DNA of 64,000 nucleotides from Escherichia phage AnYang: the sequence record MK234886. One strand, 5' to 3'. Shown piece after piece: positions 27,325 to 35,852 of this stretch. The notes below the pieces were generated by a model. That model saw nothing but the letters and a program-made list of their open reading frames with translations, was not told where the DNA came from and did not search any database. The position numbers and the translations under genes were made by a program. The stretch's first letter is position 1. Each line of letters opens with the position of its first letter.

Positions 27325-27921
27325 TTAATTACCACGGGCTGCATTAGCAACGGCGTAAGCGTACTGAATATTAGCATCTTTAAACGTACCTTTAGAGGTA
27401 TCTATCTCTGCCTTAAAGCCGCCTTTAGCCATAACATCGGCAAATTCTTTACGGAAGGCCATTGCATCAAGACCCTTCCATGTTGATTTGTGCTTGGCAA
27501 ATTCAAGACCGGCGAAGTTGACCGCCTTAGCCAATTTATTATCAATAGTCCATTTACCTGCTTTAGGTACAAATACCGGACCTTTCTGTTTAGAGAACAG
27601 TTTTAAATTCCAGCGACGAAGGTCACCATCAGCTTTAACAAAAGCTGCGTCCAAGTTACTAGCAACAACATCCTGAATATGGCCAAATTTAAGTCCATCA
27701 GTTTCAATATTTAGGTCGTTACGCCAGCGAAGTCCTTCCCAGGCGAAAGCTTTAAAGTCGGAAGCCTTTGTAGCTAAATACCGTTCAATAGGAGTTGTTT
27801 TAGCGTCAAAACCGTTTCCTGGGTTGTCAACGCCGTTTCCTCGGTAAGTCCACTCATCTTTATTAATGCCTTGGACCTTTCCTACAGAAGCTTCGGCGAT
27901 AAATTCTTTATACGTTTTCAT
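27325..27921 (-). CDS. ipIII: internal protein III-like
   Basis: 198 aa; CTS MKTYKEFIAE; position between ipII and e. Confidence 0.65.
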   Translation of the reverse strand: MKTYKEFIAEASVGKVQGINKDEWTYRGNGVDNPGNGFDAKTTPIERYLATKASDFKAFAWEGLRWRNDLNIETDGLKFGHIQDVVASNLDAAFVKADGDLRRWNLKLFSKQKGPVFVPKAGKWTIDNKLAKAVNFAGLEFAKHKSTWKGLDAMAFRKEFADVMAKGGFKAEIDTSKGTFKDANIQYAYAVANAARGN

Positions 27922-27974
27922 ACGGGTTCCTTAAAGGTAAATATTTTAATTGGTATGTTCAAGTAACTGTAGAT

Positions 27975-28003
27975 ATACTATCACAATTCTAGGAGATGTA
28001 AAC
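27975..28003 (-). promoter_or_regulatory. T4-type early promoter
   Basis: GTTTAC -35, TAGTAT -10, 17 nt spacer. Confidence 0.45.
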
Positions 28004-28402
28004 TTATTTGTAGGTTTTCATCCAATTCTTGAACAAAGCCGCGACGTCTTTCTCTTTAACGTTCAGTTTAACGTCCAACATTTTACCACCCGCTGCTCTC
28101 GTTTGGCGAATCTTAGCAGTACCGGTTTCGCCATTCCACTCAACATAATACTGTCCAGTGTTCATTGCAATACCGTCGCCGTAGTCTTCATTTTTAGAAG
28201 TGGTGAAGGCCAGCTTCATAGTCTTAGAGACGCGGGCCTGCATGCCTGTCTTCAGAGCGTTACGAACGCGAATAACCTGAGGAGTGGCCTGGGTCAGGTT
28301 CTCATTCAGGTCTTCAGTGAACTCTTCAGATTCAAACATCGCCAAAAGTTCTTTAGATGCAGGAATTACATTCTCTGCGATAAATTCATTATAAGTTTTC
28401 AT
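28004..28402 (-). CDS. internal-protein-like protein with CTS
   Basis: 132 aa; N-terminus [10 protein letters not shown]; overlaps start of e by 14 nt. Confidence 0.6.
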   Translation of the reverse strand: MKTYNEFIAENVIPASKELLAMFESEEFTEDLNENLTQATPQVIRVRNALKTGMQARVSKTMKLAFTTSKNEDYGDGIAMNTGQYYVEWNGETGTAKIRQTRAAGGKMLDVKLNVKEKDVAALFKNWMKTYK

Positions 28403-28883
28403 ATGCTTTCCAAGTACCTGTTTTAAATGTTGAAATCACGCGCTTAGCACGATTAGGAGTTTGTTTATACCAACGGGATTGAGCCAGGTTAACTGCCGCA
28501 TCATCCCAACGTTTCTGTTGGAGCATACGTAAAGAGTTAGTGAACCCAGCTACACCTGCTTCACCCATCTGGAAGACCATGTTAATTAAAGCACAACGAC
28601 GAACTTCGTCCAGTACATCATAAACAGGTTTCAATTTAGGATTACGCAGAATAGCTCTACGAGCATTTTCAACTGATCGGTTAAAGAGTTGTTCAGCTTC
28701 AGCCATAGTAATACGACCGTTGCAAACTCGGCCTATAAGCTTATCTAGTTCAGCGCGAGCAACATCTTTAGATGGGTTCTTGGTAACTAACTGGCCAATA
28801 CCAATAGTCCAATAACCTTCAGTGTCTTTATAAAGATTTAAATCAAGACCTTCGTCTTGACGTAACATATCAAAAATATCCAT
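28389..28883 (-). CDS. e: lysozyme (endolysin) e
   Basis: 164 aa; T4 lysozyme fold with catalytic Glu11/Asp20 context ([21 protein letters not shown]). Confidence 0.95.
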   Translation of the reverse strand: MDIFDMLRQDEGLDLNLYKDTEGYWTIGIGQLVTKNPSKDVARAELDKLIGRVCNGRITMAEAEQLFNRSVENARRAILRNPKLKPVYDVLDEVRRCALINMVFQMGEAGVAGFTNSLRMLQQKRWDDAAVNLAQSRWYKQTPNRAKRVISTFKTGTWKAYENL

Positions 28884-28884
28884 A

Positions 28885-28914
28885 ATACCTCCTGAGTATA
28901 GGAGGTATTTATAT
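28885..28914 (-). promoter_or_regulatory. gene e translational-control hairpin with embedded late promoter
   Basis: ATACCTCCT/AGGAGGTAT inverted repeat holding the SD; minus-strand TATAAATA overlaps the 5' arm. Confidence 0.6.
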
Positions 28915-29363
28915 CAAAAGAGCGAATCTAAAACCTTAAACATCGACTTACCCATGACATATTCCCATTGCGGACGTTTAATCAAGGCGAACGCATCGAA
29001 TTCAGGAATCGTACGACCATCAGGGAACGTATGGTAAGCCGTACATTTGCAATTCTTGAACTGCTCGTGTTCCACAGGCACTGTATATAAGAACAGATGT
29101 AGATTCTTATTGCTTGAATATTTGAACTCACCTAGGTCTTTCAGGAATGCAGGATCGTATGCTGTGAATCCAATCTCTTCTTCGGTTTCGCGCATTGCCG
29201 CTTGAATAGGCTCTTCGCCTGGTTCGACATGACCTTTAGGAATGTCCCATTTATGACGCATGTTCTCTGGATTACGAGAGCCTGTTACACGACCCATGAC
29301 CAGTTCTTTATCAACGGTCATGAACAAAATACCTGCCGATAATTCCTTAGCTTTCTTACCCAT
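28914..29363 (-). CDS. nudE: Nudix hydrolase NudE
   Basis: Nudix box GHVEPGEEPIQAAMRETEEEIGF; start set to MGKKAKEL (149 aa). Confidence 0.85.
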   Translation of the reverse strand: MGKKAKELSAGILFMTVDKELVMGRVTGSRNPENMRHKWDIPKGHVEPGEEPIQAAMRETEEEIGFTAYDPAFLKDLGEFKYSSNKNLHLFLYTVPVEHEQFKNCKCTAYHTFPDGRTIPEFDAFALIKRPQWEYVMGKSMFKVLDSLF

Positions 29364-29592
29364 CGTCTCGTTCCCATGATTGTTTAAAAATATCTTGCAT
29401 AATAATTTGAAGTCTATTTTCTGATGATGGACTTTCACTATCAGACACTTGAAGCATATAGTCACCAATAGGACAGAACATATCCATATCGCTTTCTAAA
29501 TCTTCTTTGATTTTCTCTTCTGATGTTCCGGTATCATAGGAATATAGATATGAATCGCATGACTCAGATTTAATATAAATTGCAATGCTCAT
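29356..29592 (-). CDS. hypothetical acidic protein
   Basis: 78 aa ORF, ATGA-coupled. Confidence 0.45.
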   Translation of the reverse strand: MSIAIYIKSESCDSYLYSYDTGTSEEKIKEDLESDMDMFCPIGDYMLQVSDSESPSSENRLQIIMQDIFKQSWERDDG

Positions 29593-30176
29593 TTACGACA
29601 TTCCTTAATAAAAGAGTTTAATGTATTTTTCTTAGTGATATCGTCATATACCTTTTTAACTTTAGAAATACGAAAAGGTACTTCGATAACAGAGGTCCAT
29701 AAAAATGATGCGATAAGACCTAAGATAGCAGCAGACATCGCTGAAGCGAATACACAAATAGGCAGGTCATTATCTGTTGTCAGGAAAAACCCTAGGAGTG
29801 GGAAAAATAATATACCCATCCAAACATAGAATCTAGAACTCACCAATTTGTCGTATTCATCACTCCAGGCACGGAAGCCGTATTTTTTGCTATAACAAAT
29901 CAATGGGTCTGGAGTCTGTTCTTTATGTGGTTCCGCTTGCCAGCCGTTTACGATATAGCCCATTTTATATTCCTCAATTAAAAGCTGTTTCATTTCGGCA
30001 GTACAACCTGACCAATCTATTGTACTGGCTGAAATTCCTTCATCACCGTCATCGATATTTCGCCAGGACTTTTTAATAATCATAGTCTCACCACTTGGGA
30101 TAATAATTCCAGCATTTTCCGACCGACGGATGAAGTTTGTATCAATACCCATACACCCGGGTTCATAAAGGGCCAT
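29589..30176 (-). CDS. membrane protein
   Basis: 195 aa; C-terminal TM helices; GGAGGG SD. Confidence 0.55.
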   Translation of the reverse strand: MALYEPGCMGIDTNFIRRSENAGIIIPSGETMIIKKSWRNIDDGDEGISASTIDWSGCTAEMKQLLIEEYKMGYIVNGWQAEPHKEQTPDPLICYSKKYGFRAWSDEYDKLVSSRFYVWMGILFFPLLGFFLTTDNDLPICVFASAMSAAILGLIASFLWTSVIEVPFRISKVKKVYDDITKKNTLNSFIKECRK

Positions 30177-30865
30177 TACCAGCCCTCCATAGGGAATTCC
30201 AGATAAACTTGAGCATTAACACGGATTTCATTAGTAATCTTTTTAACACGGTCGGTATTACGAGAGACACGACCAAACCAGCGCCACCCGTTACTTACTG
30301 CACGAGAACCTGTATGCCATGTCTGCCAATCAAACTGGAGCAACGTGCGGTCAGGAGCATCCCACTTGGTTAATTCATTGGACTCAATTTTTTCCAGAAC
30401 TTCTTTATGCCACTGGCGATAGATAAGTTCGCCTTCAGGAATCTGACTAAATTGTGCAGTTCCGGTTGCAAAATGGGTAGGACACACATCAGCGTTAACA
30501 AGACCAAGAATATGTTCAGAATGGTAACGAGGATTATCATAATCAGGTTGCCCTGCGGTAATAAAGTGTTGACCAACCGGAATATCCGGGCGTGGTACAT
30601 CATCATGGTGGAAGCCTGGAATTGCAGGGTACCAGCCGGGCATTAACATGTGTACACGGGAATCAAATACAATATCAGGCCCACATTGCCAATCTTCAGG
30701 CAGGTTTTCAATAAAGCTACGAGTAATAGGACCGCCGTGTTTATGAGCAAAATAAGCATCGCAATTAAAGAACATAGGCTCATTTTTAATCATATCATTA
30801 CTGATATCTTGAGCAAAATTACCTACTATAGAAGCTTTGGAATTAAAAGTTTTTGGACCATTCAT
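30176..30865 (-). CDS. hypothetical protein (His/Asp-rich, possible metal-dependent enzyme)
   Basis: 229 aa; GAGGAAA SD; FHHDDVP and HF motifs but no firm family assignment. Confidence 0.55.
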   Translation of the reverse strand: MNGPKTFNSKASIVGNFAQDISNDMIKNEPMFFNCDAYFAHKHGGPITRSFIENLPEDWQCGPDIVFDSRVHMLMPGWYPAIPGFHHDDVPRPDIPVGQHFITAGQPDYDNPRYHSEHILGLVNADVCPTHFATGTAQFSQIPEGELIYRQWHKEVLEKIESNELTKWDAPDRTLLQFDWQTWHTGSRAVSNGWRWFGRVSRNTDRVKKITNEIRVNAQVYLEFPMEGW

Positions 30866-30879
30866 AATATTTTCCTCAC

Positions 30880-31104
30880 TTACTTTTTGTTGAAAAAGTA
30901 CATTTTACCTTTAGGAGATAAAGATACACGAAGTGCGTTACCAATACCAACTGAACATTTAACCAGGTCAGCAGATTTCAATTCACCAAATGCTTGACGA
31001 AGGTCACCGTCACGAGTGTTAACCATCAGGCATTTAGCGCCAGCTGCACGAACTTCGTTTAACATGTTGATTGCTTGATTAGAAAGTTTCATTTTATTCT
31101 CCAT
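30880..31104 (-). CDS. hypothetical protein
   Basis: ORF-track TTG start lies upstream of the promoter; ATG at 31104 or 31092 chosen. Confidence 0.45.
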   Translation of the reverse strand: MENKMKLSNQAINMLNEVRAAGAKCLMVNTRDGDLRQAFGELKSADLVKCSVGIGNALRVSLSPKGKMYFFNKK

Positions 31105-31129
31105 TTCACTCTGTTGTTTTGATAGGTCT

Positions 31130-31159
31130 ATAGTATCACACCTATAGACCTTGTACACT
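31130..31159 (-). promoter_or_regulatory. T4-type early promoter with AGGTCTATAG/CTATAGACCT inverted repeat
   Basis: GTGTAC -35 variant, TACTAT -10; cassette nearly identical to those at 36608 and 40958. Confidence 0.45.
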
Positions 31160-31170
31160 GTTTTGTGCAA

Positions 31171-32130
31171 TTATTTTTCGAAAGGACGAATTAAATGATG
31201 GTTATCTTGGAAACGCTTGATGTAGTCGTTTTCACCTAAAGTCTTGTACATATTAACCACAGCTTGGTAGTTTTCCCAGGCGTACTCACGGAACCAACCT
31301 GAAGTGATTGAGGTGCACACTTTCTCAAGAGCCATATAGAAACTTAATGATGGTGAAATATTGAAGTCATTAGGAACCTGCGAACGTTCTAGCGCCAGGA
31401 CACAAGTTTCTTCATACACACCAGCCAATTTAATAGCTTCAGGCAAAGCCTCGAACTTCTCACGAGAGGTCATGACTTCAGAACCTTCCTTCATATAAAA
31501 GGTATATGCAGGGCGCCCTGCCAATGCCACGGCTTCATGGATAGAGTCATGGTCTAGCGTATAAATGGTGTCATTAAAGAACGATGATTTGTTTACATCC
31601 AATTTAGGATGAGAATAGCTCAACGTTTCTTTTTGGCGTTGCAGCATAATTTCCTGGAGTTCTTCATTCAGGGTGATACCTTTATTACGAAGGTATTTGA
31701 TGTGGGACATAGTTTTCAGGAAGAAAGGATTATTCTTCAGGAAACGATGAGAGGTTTTGATAGCCAGACAGATATCAGGCGTCGCCCAATAGAAGCCTGT
31801 CATACGGTCCTTTTTAATATGCTTTTTAGCATAATTCAGAAGGCGGTAGCTTGAGGTGTAGTCTTCATCTTGGAGCTCACCGGTGATTTCTCGTACGTTA
31901 GTCAGGGCACGGACGATATAAGCTTCGAAATAGGTTTCTTTACCATTATGCATACATTTGAAAGCCTGGACATCAGGGTTATCAACGTGTACATGGGCAC
32001 CGAACATCTGTGCTTTAAAATTATTCCATGAACCTTGGTCGGCAATGAAATCCCAATCAGAATTTTCGATATACTTACTTTCAATCAGACCAGCATGGTG
32101 CAGTGCACGAGAACCAATAACTAACATCAT
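31171..32130 (-). CDS. hypothetical protein with nucleotidyltransferase-like N-terminal motif
   Basis: 319 aa from MMLVIGSRAL...; GS...SDWDF resembles Pol-beta NTase signature; GAGGAAA SD. Confidence 0.55.
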   Translation of the reverse strand: MMLVIGSRALHHAGLIESKYIENSDWDFIADQGSWNNFKAQMFGAHVHVDNPDVQAFKCMHNGKETYFEAYIVRALTNVREITGELQDEDYTSSYRLLNYAKKHIKKDRMTGFYWATPDICLAIKTSHRFLKNNPFFLKTMSHIKYLRNKGITLNEELQEIMLQRQKETLSYSHPKLDVNKSSFFNDTIYTLDHDSIHEAVALAGRPAYTFYMKEGSEVMTSREKFEALPEAIKLAGVYEETCVLALERSQVPNDFNISPSLSFYMALEKVCTSITSGWFREYAWENYQAVVNMYKTLGENDYIKRFQDNHHLIRPFEK

Positions 32131-32149
32131 AATATTTTCCTCAGTAAAC

Positions 32150-32389
32150 TTAAATTTCGGCAACATAAGTATTATGCAATTCCCACATATCATCGGAATT
32201 ACTCTCAACGATAGGAATTATCTCATTAGAGATTTCTTCTGCATAAGGGTCATTGATACAATGGGCATCTTCAAAACGAACACCGTAATCAGACTTCTTA
32301 TAAGCAAAGCCATAAATCTTTTTAAACTTGGCACGAGTAATGCGTACCGGTTCATTAGACTTATCGGACATCGGAGCGTAATACCACAT
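32150..32389 (-). CDS. hypothetical protein
   Basis: 79 aa, GAGGAGAA SD. Confidence 0.5.
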   Translation of the reverse strand: MWYYAPMSDKSNEPVRITRAKFKKIYGFAYKKSDYGVRFEDAHCINDPYAEEISNEIIPIVESNSDDMWELHNTYVAEI

Positions 32390-32432
32390 ATGTTCTCCTC
32401 ATGTTTGTGTAGGGTAATAGTAACACGTATTT

Positions 32433-32762
32433 TTAGAGTTGTACATCACTTCTGCAATATTCTAAAAATAATTTATCGTTGTCTACCGTATCCCAACGAC
32501 GCCAAGATGGATTCCAGACCAGAGCGTTGTCACCACAATCATTGAGCTTAAAATGGTCGTAGTACATAGCTATACGTTTAGTCTCGTCGCCAGAGAACCC
32601 CAGTATAGGCTCACCGTGGGTATGATACATATGATGGTGCATTGAGAGGTCGCATTTGTAAAACATCTCACGTTTACCACGAACGAACAAGAAGGCTTGC
32701 CCATTCATATAGAATTCTTTATCTGTTTTCAAAAGATATTTGAATACTGAATCTTTATGCAT
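32433..32762 (-). CDS. hypothetical His/Cys-rich protein
   Basis: start at internal ATG with AGGAGGA SD; contains CDLSMHHHMYHTHGE. Confidence 0.5.
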   Translation of the reverse strand: MHKDSVFKYLLKTDKEFYMNGQAFLFVRGKREMFYKCDLSMHHHMYHTHGEPILGFSGDETKRIAMYYDHFKLNDCGDNALVWNPSWRRWDTVDNDKLFLEYCRSDVQL

Positions 32763-32792
32763 AAGTCCTCCTATCACATCCATGTGGTTAAA

Positions 32793-33020
32793 TTATTTTC
32801 CTAACGAAACACGAGTAGGTTTTTTACCAAAATAGTCCTCATAAGAACCATCTAAACGACCCGCTTTAGACCGACAATATGAATCGTACTTTTTGTAATA
32901 AGTCATCTCAGTATTATAACGTGGGTGTCTATCAGCCATAATAATACTTAGTGGCCAACCTTTGGCATAATCGCGAAGACCATTTATTTTACGAATGTAT
33001 CGTTTTTTCAATTTTAGCAT
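32793..33020 (-). CDS. hypothetical basic protein
   Basis: 75 aa, Lys/Arg/Tyr-rich. Confidence 0.45.
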   Translation of the reverse strand: MLKLKKRYIRKINGLRDYAKGWPLSIIMADRHPRYNTEMTYYKKYDSYCRSKAGRLDGSYEDYFGKKPTRVSLGK

Positions 33021-33238
33021 GAGCTTGGGTACCAGATTTTACCATCGGAACGAGCAACGAAGGTGCGACCAGCTTCTTCACCATAACAAGAGCTATTCAG
33101 CCAATCTTCGAGACGAACTTCACCGTCATAATCATCGAGCTCAACGCCAAAATCCTGAGCAGAAGCCATATCTTTTACTTTCTTATACAGTGCAGCCAGT
33201 TCAAGTGCAGCTTTTTCTAATTCATTAATATCAGTCAT
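33014..33238 (-). CDS. C-terminal W-x-S-S-Cys family protein (member 1)
   Basis: 74 aa from ATG with AAGGTGA SD; ends ...WYPSSC; also internal WLNSSC. Confidence 0.5.
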   Translation of the reverse strand: MTDINELEKAALELAALYKKVKDMASAQDFGVELDDYDGEVRLEDWLNSSCYGEEAGRTFVARSDGKIWYPSSC

Positions 33239-33248
33239 TTTTATCACC

Positions 33249-33458
33249 TTAGCAAGACATAGAGGAGCTAAACCAGAAACCTTCACCTTCTGGAATACCG
33301 TAATCATCACGGGCCCATTCGTAATCATCATATTCCGGACTAGAAGCTGGAATATATTCTTCGCCACCAGCGTGGAAGTGTTGACCTGTTTCGTCAGCCA
33401 CGGACTGGCCTTTACGTACTAATTCACGGATTTGTTTTTCAATTTCATCAATAGTCAT
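33249..33458 (-). CDS. C-terminal W-x-S-S-S-x-x-Cys family protein (member 2)
   Basis: 69 aa; ends ...GFWFSSSMSC; AAGGAAA SD overlapping upstream stop. Confidence 0.55.
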   Translation of the reverse strand: MTIDEIEKQIRELVRKGQSVADETGQHFHAGGEEYIPASSPEYDDYEWARDDYGIPEGEGFWFSSSMSC

Positions 33459-33467
33459 TTTATTTCC

Positions 33468-33665
33468 TTAGCATTCGTAAGAGGAGGACACCCAAGAGGT
33501 ACCACTAATAGTAATACAACCGTTATAAAGCGTGATATGTCGTTCTAGGTCACGAACACCATCGATATAGATATCAGCTTCTTCGCGTTCTTCTTTACAA
33601 ATCTGGATAACGTTTTCAATAGCTGCGGCTGCAGTACGGATTGCACAATCTAGTTCACGAGACAT
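33468..33665 (-). CDS. C-terminal W-V-S-S-S-x-x-Cys family protein (member 3)
   Basis: 65 aa; ends ...TSWVSSSYEC. Confidence 0.55.
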   Translation of the reverse strand: MSRELDCAIRTAAAAIENVIQICKEEREEADIYIDGVRDLERHITLYNGCITISGTSWVSSSYEC

Positions 33666-33674
33666 AATAATTCC

Positions 33675-33956
33675 TTAACATTCAGAAGAAGAGGACACCC
33701 ATCCACCATTTTCTAGGCTGGTGGTGTAATCATGTTGGTTTACAATAGCGTACTGAGCTTCACCGTATTCTTCCCAGTGGGCAAGGTCGGCTTTCAGGGC
33801 GCCAGGAGAATAATAGTCACCGCCCATACCGCGAGCAGGGTATATATTAAAATGAGTCTCATATTTGTTAGCAATTTCCTCAGCACGACGAATAGCTTTA
33901 TGAATATCATTTACTGCTTCAGCCAGCTCTTTATTTTTACGGTAATCATTCATCAT
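33675..33956 (-). CDS. C-terminal W-V-S-S-S-x-x-Cys family protein (member 4)
   Basis: 93 aa; ends ...GGWVSSSSEC. Confidence 0.55.
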   Translation of the reverse strand: MMNDYRKNKELAEAVNDIHKAIRRAEEIANKYETHFNIYPARGMGGDYYSPGALKADLAHWEEYGEAQYAIVNQHDYTTSLENGGWVSSSSEC

Positions 33957-33965
33957 AGCGTTTCC

Positions 33966-34256
33966 TTAGCACATTGCCGAAGAGGAGACCCAAGCACCGA
34001 CTGTAACGACACCGTTTTCAACTTCACCGCCATTGTTTTCAATTTCATCTTTAAACCACTGGGAGCATTCATAACCGACAGGATAATATGTACGGCCTGA
34101 ACCATAATCACCTGTACCGAATTGGATACCATACTTATCGGCAATAGCTTCACATTCATGTTCGATGGTATTCACTTTATTCAGAAGAGCATAGATAGCC
34201 TTTTCTGCAGATTTCTCATCATTGTGTTCTGGGATTTCAATTTCAATTTTATTCAT
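33966..34256 (-). CDS. C-terminal W-V-S-S-S-x-x-Cys family protein (member 5)
   Basis: 96 aa; ends ...GAWVSSSAMC. Confidence 0.55.
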   Translation of the reverse strand: MNKIEIEIPEHNDEKSAEKAIYALLNKVNTIEHECEAIADKYGIQFGTGDYGSGRTYYPVGYECSQWFKDEIENNGGEVENGVVTVGAWVSSSAMC

Positions 34257-34606
34257 GATTTACATTCCTTAATAAAGGTTTCAAGGTCATTACGATTGGT
34301 TTGTTTTACATACTCATTATAATTAGCCATCGATACAGCATATCTCTTACGGATGGGAGCATTCAAAGCATTTGTATGGCAAATATCATACACTACAGGG
34401 ATAAAATAAGCCACGACAGCCGGAGCGATTATCATATAGAAACCCATCTCAATAGGTGTGACTCCTTCGATTACAGCCATAACCACGGTCATTACCAGGC
34501 CAATTAGGCCGCCAAGCATGGCTGTAACAATCCCTAATAATAAATTGGCACCAATATCATATTCAGCCAATTGATAAACATGTGATGAAAGACTAGGCCG
34601 CTCCAT
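34253..34606 (-). CDS. membrane protein
   Basis: 117 aa from MERPSL... with AAAGAGG SD; TM helices; C-terminal ...ETFIKECKS. Confidence 0.45.
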   Translation of the reverse strand: MERPSLSSHVYQLAEYDIGANLLLGIVTAMLGGLIGLVMTVVMAVIEGVTPIEMGFYMIIAPAVVAYFIPVVYDICHTNALNAPIRKRYAVSMANYNEYVKQTNRNDLETFIKECKS

Positions 34607-35135
34607 TTTGAACCTCTTTAGCGTATTCGCGACATTCAGCAATAAAACGATTAAGCTTCCGTTGTTGTTTTCGAATCTCTGATGTATACTCATTAGCCAA
34701 AATAATAAGCTCATCTTTATCGTAATTTTTAATATCCGAATAACTCGGGCGGCGGTCGACCATACCAAAGTGGTCACCATTTTCTAACATCAAATAGCAT
34801 ACTAAATGGTAATCATCGTCAGCATCAACAAGCTGTTTACAATCACTTGGTTCATTTAAAGCGTATACTGAATAGCATAATCCAGCGAATTCCACTCGTT
34901 GAATACCTAGATTTAAGTCAATAATTTCTAAAGCTTCTGCAAAAGAAAGGTCCTCAGCTAAAGCAAAGATAAAAGGTAATTTGCTAGTGTATCCACGGCT
35001 ATTTGTTCGACTTAAGAAATCATTGGAATAACCTAAGTCTTGGCGAATTCTATAAAGAACTGAATTAGTTTCATGGGAAAGACCACTATGCTTAAACCAG
35101 TCAATATTTGATATCAGGTCGTCATATAAACTCAT
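34593..35135 (-). CDS. hypothetical protein (180 aa)
   Basis: strong GGAGGAGAGGAG SD; C-terminal ...NRFIAECRE. Confidence 0.55.
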   Translation of the reverse strand: MSLYDDLISNIDWFKHSGLSHETNSVLYRIRQDLGYSNDFLSRTNSRGYTSKLPFIFALAEDLSFAEALEIIDLNLGIQRVEFAGLCYSVYALNEPSDCKQLVDADDDYHLVCYLMLENGDHFGMVDRRPSYSDIKNYDKDELIILANEYTSEIRKQQRKLNRFIAECREYAKEVQNGAA

Positions 35136-35158
35136 AATATTCTCCTCTCCTCCAAATA

Positions 35159-35176
35159 GGGAGACCGAAGTCTCCC
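35159..35176 (-). terminator. hairpin GGGAGAC-CGAA-GTCTCCC (minus strand)
   Basis: perfect 7 bp stem downstream of 35184-35777; same core as the terminator at 36664-36690. Confidence 0.4.
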
Positions 35177-35183
35177 AGTAACA

Positions 35184-35777
35184 TTACTTAAGTGAATTAA
35201 TGTAGTCGTCGATATCGGCAGAAGTCGTATCCATTCCAACTTGTGGGCCTTTAAACGTTTCTACACGCAGCAGGGTATCTTCAATATCAATCTTAGTCAG
35301 TGCAGCGATTTCAACAACATCATCGGCAGTAGCAATACCAAGGGCAGCCATATTGCGAGTTTCACGGATGTACTCGAGCTTAACGGCCAGTTCCTGACGA
35401 GAGTCATCAAGTTCCTTGACCTTCAGTTTAATTTCATTACGCATTTCGATATAATCATCGGCCTTCTTACGAAGCTGAGTAGCTGTACGACGATAAAGGA
35501 GGCCAAGTTTAGCATGTACCTGGACATCAGCACCTTCGGCAATCAGTTTACGAATTTCACGTTCTTTAGAAGCGGCAAGCTGGTCTTTTTCATTAGCCAA
35601 CGCACGAATACGTTTTTCTTCATTCACAGACTTAACATGAGCGGTCTGGAGTTCAGTAATTTTATCAATCAGGGTAGAAGCAGCTTTGGTGTATTGGTCT
35701 TCGATTGACAGGTTCTGAGCCATTGCAGTACCCAGTTTAGAACGGATGAATTCAACGATTTTCTTTAAAGTGTTCAT
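35184..35777 (-). CDS. coiled-coil protein
   Basis: 197 aa, heptad-rich helical sequence, AAGGAAA SD. Confidence 0.55.
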   Translation of the reverse strand: MNTLKKIVEFIRSKLGTAMAQNLSIEDQYTKAASTLIDKITELQTAHVKSVNEEKRIRALANEKDQLAASKEREIRKLIAEGADVQVHAKLGLLYRRTATQLRKKADDYIEMRNEIKLKVKELDDSRQELAVKLEYIRETRNMAALGIATADDVVEIAALTKIDIEDTLLRVETFKGPQVGMDTTSADIDDYINSLK

Positions 35778-35852
35778 AGTATTTCCTTCAGTTGATTAAG
35801 ATTTATAATCCATGAGGACATTATACCCTGTCCTCTGAGGTTTGTAAATATT

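Noticed and set aside
30176-30865. 229 aa His/Asp-rich protein considered as a 2OG-Fe(II) oxygenase or cupin
   Set aside because: Suggestive HHDD and HF motifs but no clear H-x-D...H spacing; kept as hypothetical.
31958-32545. 195 aa plus-strand ORF
   Set aside because: Overlaps two well-supported minus-strand genes (31171-32130 and 32150-32389) and a promoter region; no SD; low-complexity translation.
35184-35777. Coiled-coil protein considered as a PspA/IM30 homolog
   Set aside because: Only general heptad/coiled-coil character; no specific PspA motif could be recognised by eye.
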